Source: Fidelibacterota bacterium (GTDB taxonomy: Bacteria > Fidelibacterota > Marinisomatia > Marinisomatales > Marinisomataceae). From it: 64,000 nucleotides of DNA. Positions 23,166 to 33,566 of this stretch are shown piece by piece. The notes below the pieces were generated by a model. It did not search any database, was not told where the DNA came from, and saw only the letters and a list, made by a program, of their open reading frames with translations. Location: the NCBI GenBank assembly GCA_045560235.1, contig JBJKZP010000008.1:3300-67299 (forward strand), in the 5' to 3' direction. Made by a program: the position numbers and the translations under genes. Positions within the stretch are counted from its first letter, which is position 1; the number at the start of each line of letters is the position of its first letter.

Positions 23166-24536
23166 ATGAAAAAAGCTATATTTTCCACAGAGATTTCCTT
23201 ATTAAGAAGAACCATGCAACGTCTTCTTAGAAGAAATGCACACTCAAATCTAACTAAAATTTTACGTAAAACCCACCAAGCTGATGTTGCACAAATAATG
23301 AGGAGTTTTAATCAGTTTGAACAAAAGACTATTTTTTCTTTGTGCCCAACCTCGCTTCATAAGGCAAGACTGCTTGAAGAGTTAGACGAAGCGCTGATTG
23401 AAAATGTTTTAATAAAGGAAAGTGCCCTTAATATATCAAAAATTTTTAGGTACTTAGATACAAATGATCAGGCTACAATTATTAGCATGTTTCGAGAAAA
23501 TAAACAAAAAGAGATTCTCACAAAGATTGAAATTGACGACAAGGAAGAGGTAGAAGAAATAATGTCTTACCCGGATGACAGTGCGGGTAGTATTATGACA
23601 AAAGAAACATTTACGCTTAATCAAAATACTACAGTTAAAGAAAGTATTAAAAAACTGCAGTCTTTCCCGGAAAATGACAAAATTTTTTACTTATATGTTT
23701 TAAATGATCAAGATAAGCTGGTTGGTGTTGTTTCGTTGCGTACGCTCGTAACATCAAGCAACAATAAAAAACTTAAAGATATTATGATTAAGGATATTCA
23801 TGCTGCAAATACAAAGACAGACCAGGAAGAGGTGGCCAAAACAGTTGCTCAGTACAACTATTTAGCTCTTCCTGTAGTAAATAGACAAAATAGGTTTTTG
23901 GGTATTGTAACAATCGATGATGTTGTGGATGTCATTAGGGAAGAAGCCTCAGAAGACTTTCTTCAAATGGCTGGAGTTGGTAAAGATAGAGAAATTCTTC
24001 TGAAAACTCCTATTGAAAATGCTAAATCTAGAGCGCCATGGATTCTTGCAAGTTTAATAGGAGGTATTTGCGCTGCTTCTATCATTAGTTATTTTAATAC
24101 TTTACTTGAACAGCTTATTGTATTGGCTGCATTTATTCCTGTAATCATTGGAATTGGAGGGAACGTAGGCACACAATCATCAACAATTGTTGTGCGCGGA
24201 CTTGCTACGGGAAGAGTAGATGTAACAAATACTTTTTCGCTAATTATGAAAGAGGTTGTTGTTGGCGCCTTGTTGGGCGGTCTTTATGGGTTAGTTGTAG
24301 GCTCAGCTTCTGAGTTAATTACTGGTGCTCCTATGAAAGACTTAGGCTTGGTCGTGGGTTTAAGTATTTTTTGCTCTATGACTATTGCAACTGCTGTTGG
24401 GGCAAGCGTCCCAATCGTTCTCAAAAAACTTGATTTTGATCCAGCTATTTCTACCGGCCCTTTTGTTACTACTGCTATTGATATTATTGGTGTAGCATTA
24501 TATTTTTATATAGCCTCTACAATTCTAATACCTTGA
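23166..24536 (+). CDS. mgtE: Magnesium transporter MgtE
   Basis: YPDDSAGSIMT, CBS pair, GIVTIDDVVDV, GGNVGTQS, DPAISTGPFVTTAID; ATG at 23166 preferred over TTG 23103, which overlaps proS. Confidence 0.97.
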   Translation: MKKAIFSTEISLLRRTMQRLLRRNAHSNLTKILRKTHQADVAQIMRSFNQFEQKTIFSLCPTSLHKARLLEELDEALIENVLIKESALNISKIFRYLDTNDQATIISMFRENKQKEILTKIEIDDKEEVEEIMSYPDDSAGSIMTKETFTLNQNTTVKESIKKLQSFPENDKIFYLYVLNDQDKLVGVVSLRTLVTSSNNKKLKDIMIKDIHAANTKTDQEEVAKTVAQYNYLALPVVNRQNRFLGIVTIDDVVDVIREEASEDFLQMAGVGKDREILLKTPIENAKSRAPWILASLIGGICAASIISYFNTLLEQLIVLAAFIPVIIGIGGNVGTQSSTIVVRGLATGRVDVTNTFSLIMKEVVVGALLGGLYGLVVGSASELITGAPMKDLGLVVGLSIFCSMTIATAVGASVPIVLKKLDFDPAISTGPFVTTAIDIIGVALYFYIASTILIP

Positions 24537-25081
24537 TTAAACACTTACAAATAGTCGCCTTACTCCTAACAGCTCTGTATAGTACAGAAACTATTACCCA
24601 TACTGTTTCGCTTGAGTATCGCCTAACTGAAAAGTTTAAGCTATTCGCTTTAAAAGAGATTATATCAATTGAAATAGGTAGCAAAAACATAGTGATTAAA
24701 CCCGCTGGGTTTGGAACGTCTATTCTTGAAGAAAAACTAGAGTACAATAATCAGGATCTCTCGGATAACAACCTCTTGTATACATTGCTAATAAAAAATA
24801 TCATCCCCGCCACAGAAGACGAATGGATTGATAGCTTTTTTCTTTTAGATAGCCTAGCCGTAAAAGCTAGATTTCTATTTTCAGAAAAAATAAATGAAAA
24901 AAGGGTTTACCGCCTAGATATCAAGCAGCTAAACAAAGAAGATGTTGATAGTCGCGTTAATATAGTAATTTTAGATAATGATGTTATTACCGTTTGGACA
25001 GATGAAAGCAAAAAAATTACTAAAATTAGTTTAATGTATAAAAATGTGTCTTATGTCATTAATATTAAAAATGAAAAATAA
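24533..25081 (+). CDS. Hypothetical exported protein
   Basis: Signal-peptide-like N-terminus; TTGA overlap with mgtE stop; no recognisable motif. Confidence 0.6.
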   Translation: MIKHLQIVALLLTALYSTETITHTVSLEYRLTEKFKLFALKEIISIEIGSKNIVIKPAGFGTSILEEKLEYNNQDLSDNNLLYTLLIKNIIPATEDEWIDSFFLLDSLAVKARFLFSEKINEKRVYRLDIKQLNKEDVDSRVNIVILDNDVITVWTDESKKITKISLMYKNVSYVINIKNEK

Positions 25082-25793
25082 AAAAATATTAATAATTATA
25101 GCTTTATTTTTAAGCGCGTGTGCTACGCCAACAACAAGCCTTACTTTTGATGATTCAAGCATAGATAAAACAGGGTATTTATTTTATCAAGGTGAAGAAA
25201 AATTTTTACGCATCAATGAATTAAATGTGAAATTAAGCCTTCCAGCTAAAGAGTATGTAGTACCAGCCTACCTTAATCTTTTACCTAACGCTAAAAGAGA
25301 GTACAGGTCTGGGTATCATTTAGGAATTGATTTTTCAACCCCCTTGAACCACCCTATAGGCGCTGTATATGATGGAATTGTAATTCGCAGCAACAATATG
25401 CATGAAGATGTAGATATTGATACGTATAATAGCTTTTTAGCAACTTCATTAAAGCTAGGTAAAACTCCTGAGGATATTTATAACTACATTTTACTGGGAA
25501 AGTCTGTAATAATTGATCATGGCTACACCATCACATCAAAGTATAGATCAATTACCGTATACTCTCATTTGTCATCAATACCTGACTCAATAAAACCTGG
25601 CACATTGGTTAAAGAGGGGGACATTATAGGGTTTTCAGGCAATACTGGCACATCAAGCGGTGCATTGCAAAATGACAAAGGCGCACATCTTCATTGGGAA
25701 ATATTTTTTGATGATAAAGATGGTAGGTATTTTTTAGGACAAAATATTCCTGCCGAACTTTTAAAAGAAAATATAGACTTATTATTTAAGTAA
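25071..25793 (+). CDS. M23 family metallopeptidase lipoprotein
   Basis: Lipobox LSAC, HLGID (HxxxD), YSHL, GNTG, HLHWEI. Confidence 0.92.
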   Translation: MKNKKILIIIALFLSACATPTTSLTFDDSSIDKTGYLFYQGEEKFLRINELNVKLSLPAKEYVVPAYLNLLPNAKREYRSGYHLGIDFSTPLNHPIGAVYDGIVIRSNNMHEDVDIDTYNSFLATSLKLGKTPEDIYNYILLGKSVIIDHGYTITSKYRSITVYSHLSSIPDSIKPGTLVKEGDIIGFSGNTGTSSGALQNDKGAHLHWEIFFDDKDGRYFLGQNIPAELLKENIDLLFK

Positions 25794-25795
25794 CG

Positions 25796-25821
25796 AAAAA
25801 GGGCTCATTACTGAGCCCTTT
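25796..25821. terminator. Probable bidirectional intrinsic terminator between convergent genes
   Basis: AAAGGGCTCA-ttac-TGAGCCCTTT; GTAA tetraloop and T5 tail on the - strand. Confidence 0.85.
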
Positions 25822-25855
25822 AACTATTTCATTTTCTAAACTATTTAGAACAGTT

Positions 25856-26905
25856 TTAGAAATCAAACGTAACCTGCATAGTACTTTGATCTTCAAAGTA
25901 TTCATTTGCAGTTCTTAAAGCATATGAAACGTGCATCATGTAGTCACCGATAGGCACTGAAACTCCAGCTCCCATTGCGACTCCCCAAAATGTACCACTC
26001 CATTCATCCCAATCTGCGTCAGAAACACCGGTTGGTTGATCGTCATCTCCAACAGTCATTGTTGTTGATGCACCAAACCATGATGATCCAAGCATGTACT
26101 TAGCACCAACTGCCATAGTGTTTGCTTGATATGAATGATTAGTAAACGTTCCACTTAATTCAAGATTGTTGATTAAAGTGTAGGTTGCAGAAAGATCTAA
26201 ACTAGCTGGTAAAGCAAAATTGTCAGCGATAATTCTGAAGGTTTCTGTACCAGAGCCTGACTCTGAGTCTACAGGAACCATATCCTGATCTAAATTGATA
26301 CCATCATAGTGCATTCTGCTTCCAACGTTTTTCATTGCAACTCCCAATGTTAATGGTTGGTTAGGGAAGCGATATTGTACTCCAACATCAACTGCCATAC
26401 CTGTAGCAGAAGTTTCTTCAATAGTTTCAGAAATAAGTTTTCCTGAAATACCTACATTAACACGATCAGAAAATGCTCTTGCAAATCCTGCGGTTGCTGT
26501 GAAAAAACTTGGAGAAAAGGTTTGTCCATCACCCTCAGGTGCAAACGCTGTTGTTTTAGGAATTTCACCAAAATCTAATGATTTGATTGTCATCCCAAAC
26601 GTTCCTGTTTCTCCCATTGCTACAACCATACCTGCATACATCACATCAATATCTGCAATATATGTGGTAGTTGAAACTGTTCCTTGAATACCAGAGTTGT
26701 GTCTAGCTAAACCAGCTACATTAGTATATAATGCGTCTACTCCAGCTACTGTACCAACGTTCGATCCGTTAAGAGCGACTGTTTCTGTACCAACTGGTAT
26801 TAGAAGCTGTGCTGCTCCAGCAGTACCCTGTGATCTTACCGTACCAGCGGTAAGAGCAGAAGCTAACACTGCGCATCCAAGGAAGATTTTAAATGTATTT
26901 TTCAT
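25856..26905 (-). CDS. PorV/PorQ-like (FadL-family) outer-membrane beta-barrel
   Basis: Signal peptide, GTAGAAQLLIPVG...ALNG...DALYTNVAGLA N-terminal pattern, VDVGVQY, C-terminal Phe; AAGGAG RBS. Confidence 0.8.
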   Translation of the reverse strand: MKNTFKIFLGCAVLASALTAGTVRSQGTAGAAQLLIPVGTETVALNGSNVGTVAGVDALYTNVAGLARHNSGIQGTVSTTTYIADIDVMYAGMVVAMGETGTFGMTIKSLDFGEIPKTTAFAPEGDGQTFSPSFFTATAGFARAFSDRVNVGISGKLISETIEETSATGMAVDVGVQYRFPNQPLTLGVAMKNVGSRMHYDGINLDQDMVPVDSESGSGTETFRIIADNFALPASLDLSATYTLINNLELSGTFTNHSYQANTMAVGAKYMLGSSWFGASTTMTVGDDDQPTGVSDADWDEWSGTFWGVAMGAGVSVPIGDYMMHVSYALRTANEYFEDQSTMQVTFDF

Positions 26906-26923
26906 TTTTATATTCTCCTTATC

Positions 26924-29900
26924 CTAGTAAACGTCGAGACGTTGTTCTGGTTGAATTACAGCTAACTTGAGTATTTTTTCACCCCTGTTAGTCTCTACGT
27001 GCGCAATGTACATTCCACTAGCTACTGGTAGTTCAAAGTTATTTTTCATGTCCCAGTATGTATGTTGTGTTCCTGTATCATTGTGCTTAATTGTTCTAAC
27101 CAATGTTCCATCTAATGCAAAAATTCTAATTGTAGATGGTCCTTCGGCTGGAAGGTGGCTAAACATAACCCTTCTATCTAGAGCATCGCGCTCTTCTGGG
27201 TTATAACCATAGTATGGATTTGGCCATACTGTTATTCTTTCAGGATCGTAGTCGTTTGCTAACATTTCCATTCCATCTGTTGAAAATGAGAAAGTATCAA
27301 ACGCTGATAGAGGTTTAGCCATACGGAATACAACAGAACTAGCTGAAGTAAATCCACTACCCCATGAGGCGTGTCCCGCTTGAGTTGGTAAAACTCCTGA
27401 TCCTAAATAATCAGTAAACATTGTGGCTGTTACATATGGATATCCAATGCCAGCACCACTTGTTGTTGTATTGTCACAAGTTCCTGATGAACCCCAACCA
27501 CAACCACCTGATGTTGTTAAATCATTATCTGCAATGTATTGTGCATCATTTGCAGGATCATAATGGTTTCCGCCATAAGAAACGAACATATAAATTGGTT
27601 CCCAAGCTGGAGCGCCATAAACTGGACCCGACCATGTAGCACCATCATTTGACATACCTGCAATACCATCACTTTCCCAAAAACCAGCAAATAAAGCTTC
27701 TTTATTTCCTGTGGCAAAATTATGTCTGTATGCACTAAATGGTACATATGCATTAATTGCTTCTGATAGATAGTCCCAACCTAAAGATGGGGTACTAAAG
27801 TCAAGCTCTATGTCGTCTGACTCCCAGTAATTAAATCTATCAAAGTCACGTGTATATGGCTGAGCATAAGCTTCACCAGCACGATTTTCAATTATATAAC
27901 CTGTACGACCTAAACTTGGTGGAAGATAAGATACTGAATTATCTCTCAATACTTCATTTTCTTTCCATCCGTGGTCCCACTCTTCAACAGCAACCAAGTC
28001 TTCCTGAGGTCCAAATACCTGTACTTGGAAACCGTCAAAAATGTTTGCTGCTCCTACTCCAACATTAACTCCTGTTACTCCATTAACACCGCCCATTACT
28101 GGGTTGTTTGCTTCTAGAACGTCGCCAGATGTTGTATTAGTTAAAGTCCAATTAACTGCAGCTGTGCCGTCAGGCATACTGTTGTCAAATGTTAGTGAAT
28201 ATGAATCTCCTGTAAGATTCATTGGATTCACAATGTGAACCTCAACGTATCCTTGAGCTGGACCGTCGTGGTCAGCTAACATCATATCACCTACGCTTGC
28301 TGTTGTTTCACCGTATGATACAGTATTAGGGACTTCTGGTCTAACACTAAAGTATTTTGGTGAACTTTCAAATGTTTTTGGTACACCATATTCATTGTAA
28401 CCATATGCTGTAACCGCAAAATAGTAGTTTCTATTTGTTGTTAATCTACTATTACCATTTAACGCATCTTTATCTATAACATGAAAACGTGCTAAACCTG
28501 AGTCTGAACCATGCTGTGTAGTTACAGCAATGTATTCGTTATAATTAGTATCAAAAACTGTATCTACAATTTCCTCTACTCCATTAATAACATCATAGGT
28601 TGCAACTCGTTTGCTTGCACCAGATCCATCTGCGGTTTCAACTTGGTATACATTATATCCTTCAAAAAGGTAATTAGTTGTATTTCCGCTTTCATCTGTG
28701 AAGAAACTGTTTTCGTTATAAACTTCGGCGTTACCTAACCATGATATAACAATTTCATCTTGAAATGCTGTATAATCAACAGTAGGCGCAACCGGTGCGT
28801 CTGGTAAATCAAAATCATTATCATAAGCTGACTGAGCAAGTTGGTCGACTTGTTCAAGATAAGAAACTGATGATAGGGCATCTCCACCCGCAGCGTGGAA
28901 TATTCCAAACACAACTTCCTGTGAATCTCCAGCTGCCATTGTAAATGGCCCAACACTCATTAAGAATCTTCTATCCGCCGATGCTGCATAATTACCATCA
29001 ACAGGGTTAGTTGTTCCATGATCTGCTGCAGGGTCTCCATAAAAACAGAATTTCTGATTATATAGATCTCCAGCGATTTCATTTGGATACGCACTTCCAT
29101 CTTTTCTTAAACCTTGAAGGTAGTAGTAACCTTCTGTTTCGTCAGCAGGGTCTGTATATGTAGCATCTCCATTAATATAGAATGCAAATGATGACATCTT
29201 TAGGTTTTTCATGCCCGTATGATAAGTTCCAAACATTTTTGCACCTTGTGCTGGACATTCAACTGTATCAGTTGGATCGTCACAAGGAACCATTGGTCCT
29301 TGGAAGAAGTCATATCCTGCCGCTGGTGTACCAATATCTAGATTATCATAATATGTATCTGGTCCATCGTTCCAAACATAACCCATACCAAGGTCTACGT
29401 TACAACCTACAAGGTCGTCTCCCGCATTACCAAGGTCTGGATCTGACCATAAACCCATATAAGTGTCTACTAAATCATCAGAACCCTTATTTACTACTAA
29501 CTGTTTAACAAATAGCATGTCACCAATTGCATCAATTCTATCATAACCAAACATGGTTGTTTGAATTTCAACATTTAGTGGCGATGTTCCGAAATTAAGC
29601 TTATAAGCTGGGTCTCCATCGTTACTAACAAACCATAATACTTGGTCGCCAATAAACTCAGGGTGATCAGTTCCGCCTGGAAGCGGGTTATAAGCTCCGT
29701 CACCGTCAACATCGACCCACGGTGCACCGAAATCAACTGGCCAATTCTGGAAATCATCATGGCTAGCTGGATCGTCAAGCATGCTTTTGTTTACTTTATA
29801 TATTCTATGAACCGAAGCTAATGGATCACCACCCCATGGACCTGGGCCCATGTCTTGTGTGTAATCACCAACAATTGTTCTGATTTGACCGTTCACCGTA

Positions 29901-30172
29901 GCTCCCATCCAAAGTGCAGATTGGAAGATTGAGTGAACACCAGTTCCCTTAGGCCACTCTAGTGCAGAATCACCTGAAACATGGTAGTCTAAAAAGAGAC
30001 CGTTGTTAGTAACATCAGCATAAATACGATTTCCGTCAAATGTACCGCTTGACTCTACAAAGTTAGATCCGCTAAAGTTTGATACTTTTTTAGTTTCTCT
30101 TGCATCTACAAGCGAAACCAATAGCATGACCACTACTAATGTAGAGACGGTAATATTCTTTAAGATTTTCAT
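26924..30172 (-). CDS. Large secreted acidic protein with T9SS-CTD/FlgD-Ig-like C-terminal domain
   Basis: Signal peptide; FEGYNVY...YYFAVTAY FN3-like region; C-terminal VWPNPY...TIRIFALDGTLVRTI...WD...VASGMYI. Confidence 0.8.
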   Translation of the reverse strand: MKILKNITVSTLVVVMLLVSLVDARETKKVSNFSGSNFVESSGTFDGNRIYADVTNNGLFLDYHVSGDSALEWPKGTGVHSIFQSALWMGATVNGQIRTIVGDYTQDMGPGPWGGDPLASVHRIYKVNKSMLDDPASHDDFQNWPVDFGAPWVDVDGDGAYNPLPGGTDHPEFIGDQVLWFVSNDGDPAYKLNFGTSPLNVEIQTTMFGYDRIDAIGDMLFVKQLVVNKGSDDLVDTYMGLWSDPDLGNAGDDLVGCNVDLGMGYVWNDGPDTYYDNLDIGTPAAGYDFFQGPMVPCDDPTDTVECPAQGAKMFGTYHTGMKNLKMSSFAFYINGDATYTDPADETEGYYYLQGLRKDGSAYPNEIAGDLYNQKFCFYGDPAADHGTTNPVDGNYAASADRRFLMSVGPFTMAAGDSQEVVFGIFHAAGGDALSSVSYLEQVDQLAQSAYDNDFDLPDAPVAPTVDYTAFQDEIVISWLGNAEVYNENSFFTDESGNTTNYLFEGYNVYQVETADGSGASKRVATYDVINGVEEIVDTVFDTNYNEYIAVTTQHGSDSGLARFHVIDKDALNGNSRLTTNRNYYFAVTAYGYNEYGVPKTFESSPKYFSVRPEVPNTVSYGETTASVGDMMLADHDGPAQGYVEVHIVNPMNLTGDSYSLTFDNSMPDGTAAVNWTLTNTTSGDVLEANNPVMGGVNGVTGVNVGVGAANIFDGFQVQVFGPQEDLVAVEEWDHGWKENEVLRDNSVSYLPPSLGRTGYIIENRAGEAYAQPYTRDFDRFNYWESDDIELDFSTPSLGWDYLSEAINAYVPFSAYRHNFATGNKEALFAGFWESDGIAGMSNDGATWSGPVYGAPAWEPIYMFVSYGGNHYDPANDAQYIADNDLTTSGGCGWGSSGTCDNTTTSGAGIGYPYVTATMFTDYLGSGVLPTQAGHASWGSGFTSASSVVFRMAKPLSAFDTFSFSTDGMEMLANDYDPERITVWPNPYYGYNPEERDALDRRVMFSHLPAEGPSTIRIFALDGTLVRTIKHNDTGTQHTYWDMKNNFELPVASGMYIAHVETNRGEKILKLAVIQPEQRLDVY

Positions 30173-30197
30173 ATATACCTCTTTACCTTTTATTTAA

Positions 30198-33100
30198 TTA
30201 AAAACTAATGTTTAAACCAACCCTAACTGTACGCGGTCTGTTCCATCTACCAGGAAACGCTAAGTTATCCTCGTACATAGCCGCAGCATCTACATCAGGG
30301 TTTTGAGCTAATCTATTGGCAAGCCATTGTTGCCCACTTTCAGTAGCAACCCAGCCATCTTCGGCCACGTTACCAGTTCCATTATAAACAGCATTAACTT
30401 GCTCAGAATCTAGAGCATTAAATATAGATATATAAGCATTTGCTGTTACTCCCCCCAGGTTAATTGCTCTATCAACACGCAAATCAAGGTTCGTGTAGGT
30501 TGGCATAGTACCTGAGTTTACAGGGCCTTCTGGAAATTCCCATCTATTTTCAAAAACTGTACTATAGATTTGTGATGGCGTAAATCGTGTACCACTACCA
30601 AAACTCATTACAGCATTAAATCCAGTGTTTGCAAGAGCGCCTGTAGCATCAGGTGATCTCCAGTCTAAGATTACATTTGCTGTATGTGTTTGGTCATAGT
30701 CAAGCAAGTTCATTGCTTTTGGATAACCGTCATCTGTACCAATCCAAGTAATATAGAAGTTTTGGTCTCCATAAGATCCAGTACCTCTAGCTTCTGAATA
30801 TGTATAATTTGCTTGTGCGTACAAACCTCTTGTTCTGCGCATTTCAAAGTTTGTAGTTAAACCCTGAGATACCATAACGTCTCCATTTTGGTATTGTGCC
30901 CAGTTTTGTTGAGTGTCAGCACCACCTGTGTTAGTGAATGCTTCTGTACGATTAGCTAGTGTTAAATAGTCTTTACTTTCCTTGTAAAACCCTTCAACCT
31001 TCACTGAAGCAAACGCTCCAACTCTCTGCTCAATACCAATTTCATATTGAGTAGATCTTTCAGGTTTTAGTGCAGGGTTCTCAGACGCTGTAGCGTTACC
31101 AGCTAAAATATCAGCTGATAGCTGTGAGTCTGAAAGATATAGGTATGACATTGGAACTGATTGCCAATGTGTACCATAGTTTGCACGGAAAACAGTACGA
31201 TCTGAAACAGGGAAGGATACACCTACTCTAGGGTGAGTAGCTGTTTCTTTCTTAACTTTTTTCCAGACGTAATTACCTTGTCCGTCACCGTTTCTATTTA
31301 CACGCTGTCTATTAAAATATAAATTGTTAAAACCATCAGAATCACCATATCCGTCGCCATCTGAGTCAGGAGCCATAGCGCCCGTATCAATAGTTTCAAA
31401 TGATAATCCTAATTGTACAACCACATCGTTAAACTCAAGCTTGTCTTGAACATAAAAACGTGATTGTGTAGGCTCTGCTGGCGCTAACATATGATCGTCT
31501 TGATTATATGTACCGCTCCATTCATCGCCATAAATATTATATCCTAGATTTGTAACATATAAAGCTCTGTAGTTAATAAACTTCCAGTCTTCAATCGTGC
31601 TTCCTGCGTCTAAGATTTCTTGGTCTGATGCTACACCGTCAAGGTTTGTATCAACCTGAGAAATAGCTCTCGCTACACCAGAAGCTGATAAACCATATCT
31701 TGTAATTTCATGGTTGTCAATTGAAGCTCCAAGCTTAAACTCATTATAACCTAACTGGTTTGTATAGTCAAAGCTGATTGTGTTTGTTACAGTTTTTCTA
31801 GTATTATAGCTTGTTGTTTGAGTACCATAACCTGAAACACCAAAAAATTCATCTGGTGAAATTGGGTTAAAGTAGTTGTCTCTTTTATAATAGTTTGGTG
31901 ATCCCCACGCCTTGGTTCTTCTACCATAAGCTTCAATATCTTCTAAATAATTTTCATTACCAGTCGTGCTTTCGTAGCTCTGTTGTGATAATGATGCTTT
32001 AATGTAAGATAAAGGACTAATAGTATATCTGGCGTTTACATATCCCATTTGAAAGTCTGCTTCATTTATGTATGAACCGTCTGTTCCTCCATAAACTCTG
32101 CTCCAGCTATAGCTGTGGCCTTCATATTCATAGGCTTGGGTACCAAATTTTAAACGCAATGGACCAAAATCCATTGTCATATTACCATTAATAGTAATTC
32201 TTTCGTTATCATCTTGAGGCTGTTGCCCGTACATGCGTCTATAATTACTATATACAACATAAGTTGTATCATTTGCTACAAAGTTTGGATCAGCTAAAAG
32301 CTGTTCTGTTGTAGCGTTGTTTCTAACAACGGTTTCAATATGGTGAATTTTGTTTCCGTTTGCATCTGTGGCATATACAAGACCATCTGATCCGTCGCTG
32401 TAATATTCAGCTGGCGGTGCATCTTGCATTGGAGTAGCATCCATAACAGGATAATAGCTGTGTGATACGTCTCCACCTTTGTTTCTGCTTTCAACAGATA
32501 AATATACTTTAATATTGTCACTAATTGGTCCACCAAAGTCGAAATTAATATTTTCATAACCATCAGTGTAAAGCTTGTCTGGGTCCGTGCCAGGGTCTGA
32601 TCCAATTGAAGTTTCAACTCCAACTCTTGATGACCAAGCTGAACCACCTGTCTTAGTGGTAATATTTACAATACCACCATTGGCTCCACCATATTCAGCA
32701 GAGAAGCCACCAGTCTGTACTGATATTTCTTGTAATGCTGCTTGTGAGTTTCCGTTTAATAGGTTACCTCCACCATAAACATCTTTTACAGGAACACCGT
32801 CAACATAATAACGACTGTCTCCACTTCTACTTCCACGGAAGTATCCGTTTACAACACCTGTTTGTAAGTTTACAATGTTTGCAACGCCTCTTACAGCAAA
32901 CGCATCAATCAACTCTTTATCTACTACTCGAGTTGTATTTGTAGCGTTTGGATTAATTAATGGTCTTTCTCTAGTCACTGTAACCGCTTGACCGGCCACC
33001 GCTGCAACATCAAGATTAAAATCGACAGATGTAGTAAAACCAACTGATGTTTTAACCCCTGCTTCAATCACAGTTGTGTAACCAATATATTCGGCTCTTA

Positions 33101-33314
33101 GGTCATATGTGCCTACAGGAACGTCAAGAATATAGTATCTACCTAATTCATCGGTAGCTGCACCAAGGTTCGATCCTTCAACCACAACATTTGCTCCAAC
33201 TAATGGGTTTCCATCAGCATCTGCAACAACACCTGCTAACTTAGCAGTTGTTGATTGAGCAAACATCATTGTTGGTAGGAGAACCAGCGCAATTAACATA
33301 CGTAGTTTTCTCAT
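30198..33314 (-). CDS. TonB-dependent receptor with N-terminal carboxypeptidase-regulatory-like domain
   Basis: LAGVVADADGNPLVGANV...AEYIGY; plug FRGSR...YYVDGV...TGGFSAEYG..GGIVNITTK; NPALKPE; PRTVRVGLNISF end; GGAGG RBS. Confidence 0.93.
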   Translation of the reverse strand: MRKLRMLIALVLLPTMMFAQSTTAKLAGVVADADGNPLVGANVVVEGSNLGAATDELGRYYILDVPVGTYDLRAEYIGYTTVIEAGVKTSVGFTTSVDFNLDVAAVAGQAVTVTRERPLINPNATNTTRVVDKELIDAFAVRGVANIVNLQTGVVNGYFRGSRSGDSRYYVDGVPVKDVYGGGNLLNGNSQAALQEISVQTGGFSAEYGGANGGIVNITTKTGGSAWSSRVGVETSIGSDPGTDPDKLYTDGYENINFDFGGPISDNIKVYLSVESRNKGGDVSHSYYPVMDATPMQDAPPAEYYSDGSDGLVYATDANGNKIHHIETVVRNNATTEQLLADPNFVANDTTYVVYSNYRRMYGQQPQDDNERITINGNMTMDFGPLRLKFGTQAYEYEGHSYSWSRVYGGTDGSYINEADFQMGYVNARYTISPLSYIKASLSQQSYESTTGNENYLEDIEAYGRRTKAWGSPNYYKRDNYFNPISPDEFFGVSGYGTQTTSYNTRKTVTNTISFDYTNQLGYNEFKLGASIDNHEITRYGLSASGVARAISQVDTNLDGVASDQEILDAGSTIEDWKFINYRALYVTNLGYNIYGDEWSGTYNQDDHMLAPAEPTQSRFYVQDKLEFNDVVVQLGLSFETIDTGAMAPDSDGDGYGDSDGFNNLYFNRQRVNRNGDGQGNYVWKKVKKETATHPRVGVSFPVSDRTVFRANYGTHWQSVPMSYLYLSDSQLSADILAGNATASENPALKPERSTQYEIGIEQRVGAFASVKVEGFYKESKDYLTLANRTEAFTNTGGADTQQNWAQYQNGDVMVSQGLTTNFEMRRTRGLYAQANYTYSEARGTGSYGDQNFYITWIGTDDGYPKAMNLLDYDQTHTANVILDWRSPDATGALANTGFNAVMSFGSGTRFTPSQIYSTVFENRWEFPEGPVNSGTMPTYTNLDLRVDRAINLGGVTANAYISIFNALDSEQVNAVYNGTGNVAEDGWVATESGQQWLANRLAQNPDVDAAAMYEDNLAFPGRWNRPRTVRVGLNISF

Positions 33315-33424
33315 TATTCTACCTCCAAATGAGTTTTTATATACAAATTTTGTTTGTTATTCTTTATCATTTTTATTTCTTACCCATATATATATATGTA
33401 TAAATTATACTGTATATATACAAA

Positions 33425-33494
33425 GCAACCAGAGGGTCCGCACCCTTTCGATTGCAATTCCAACTAAATTGCTGATAGTTTCCGTAGATGTCAA
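33425..33494 (-). promoter_or_regulatory. Candidate promoter and 5' hairpin of the TBDR operon
   Basis: TTGACA (33494-33489)-17 nt-CAATTT, then hairpin GCAATC..AGGGT-GCGG-ACCCT..GGTTGC (33455-33425). Confidence 0.5.
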
Positions 33495-33566
33495 TAGTTT
33501 TTTGTTAATTTATTTTTTGAATGTTTTTTGAAAACCCCAACAACAAAACAAGGGGAAGTTAAGAGG

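Noticed and set aside
33315-33566. Cobalamin or TPP riboswitch upstream of the TonB-dependent receptor
   Set aside because: No B12-box or CUGAGA/ACCUGAU core; only a simple hairpin
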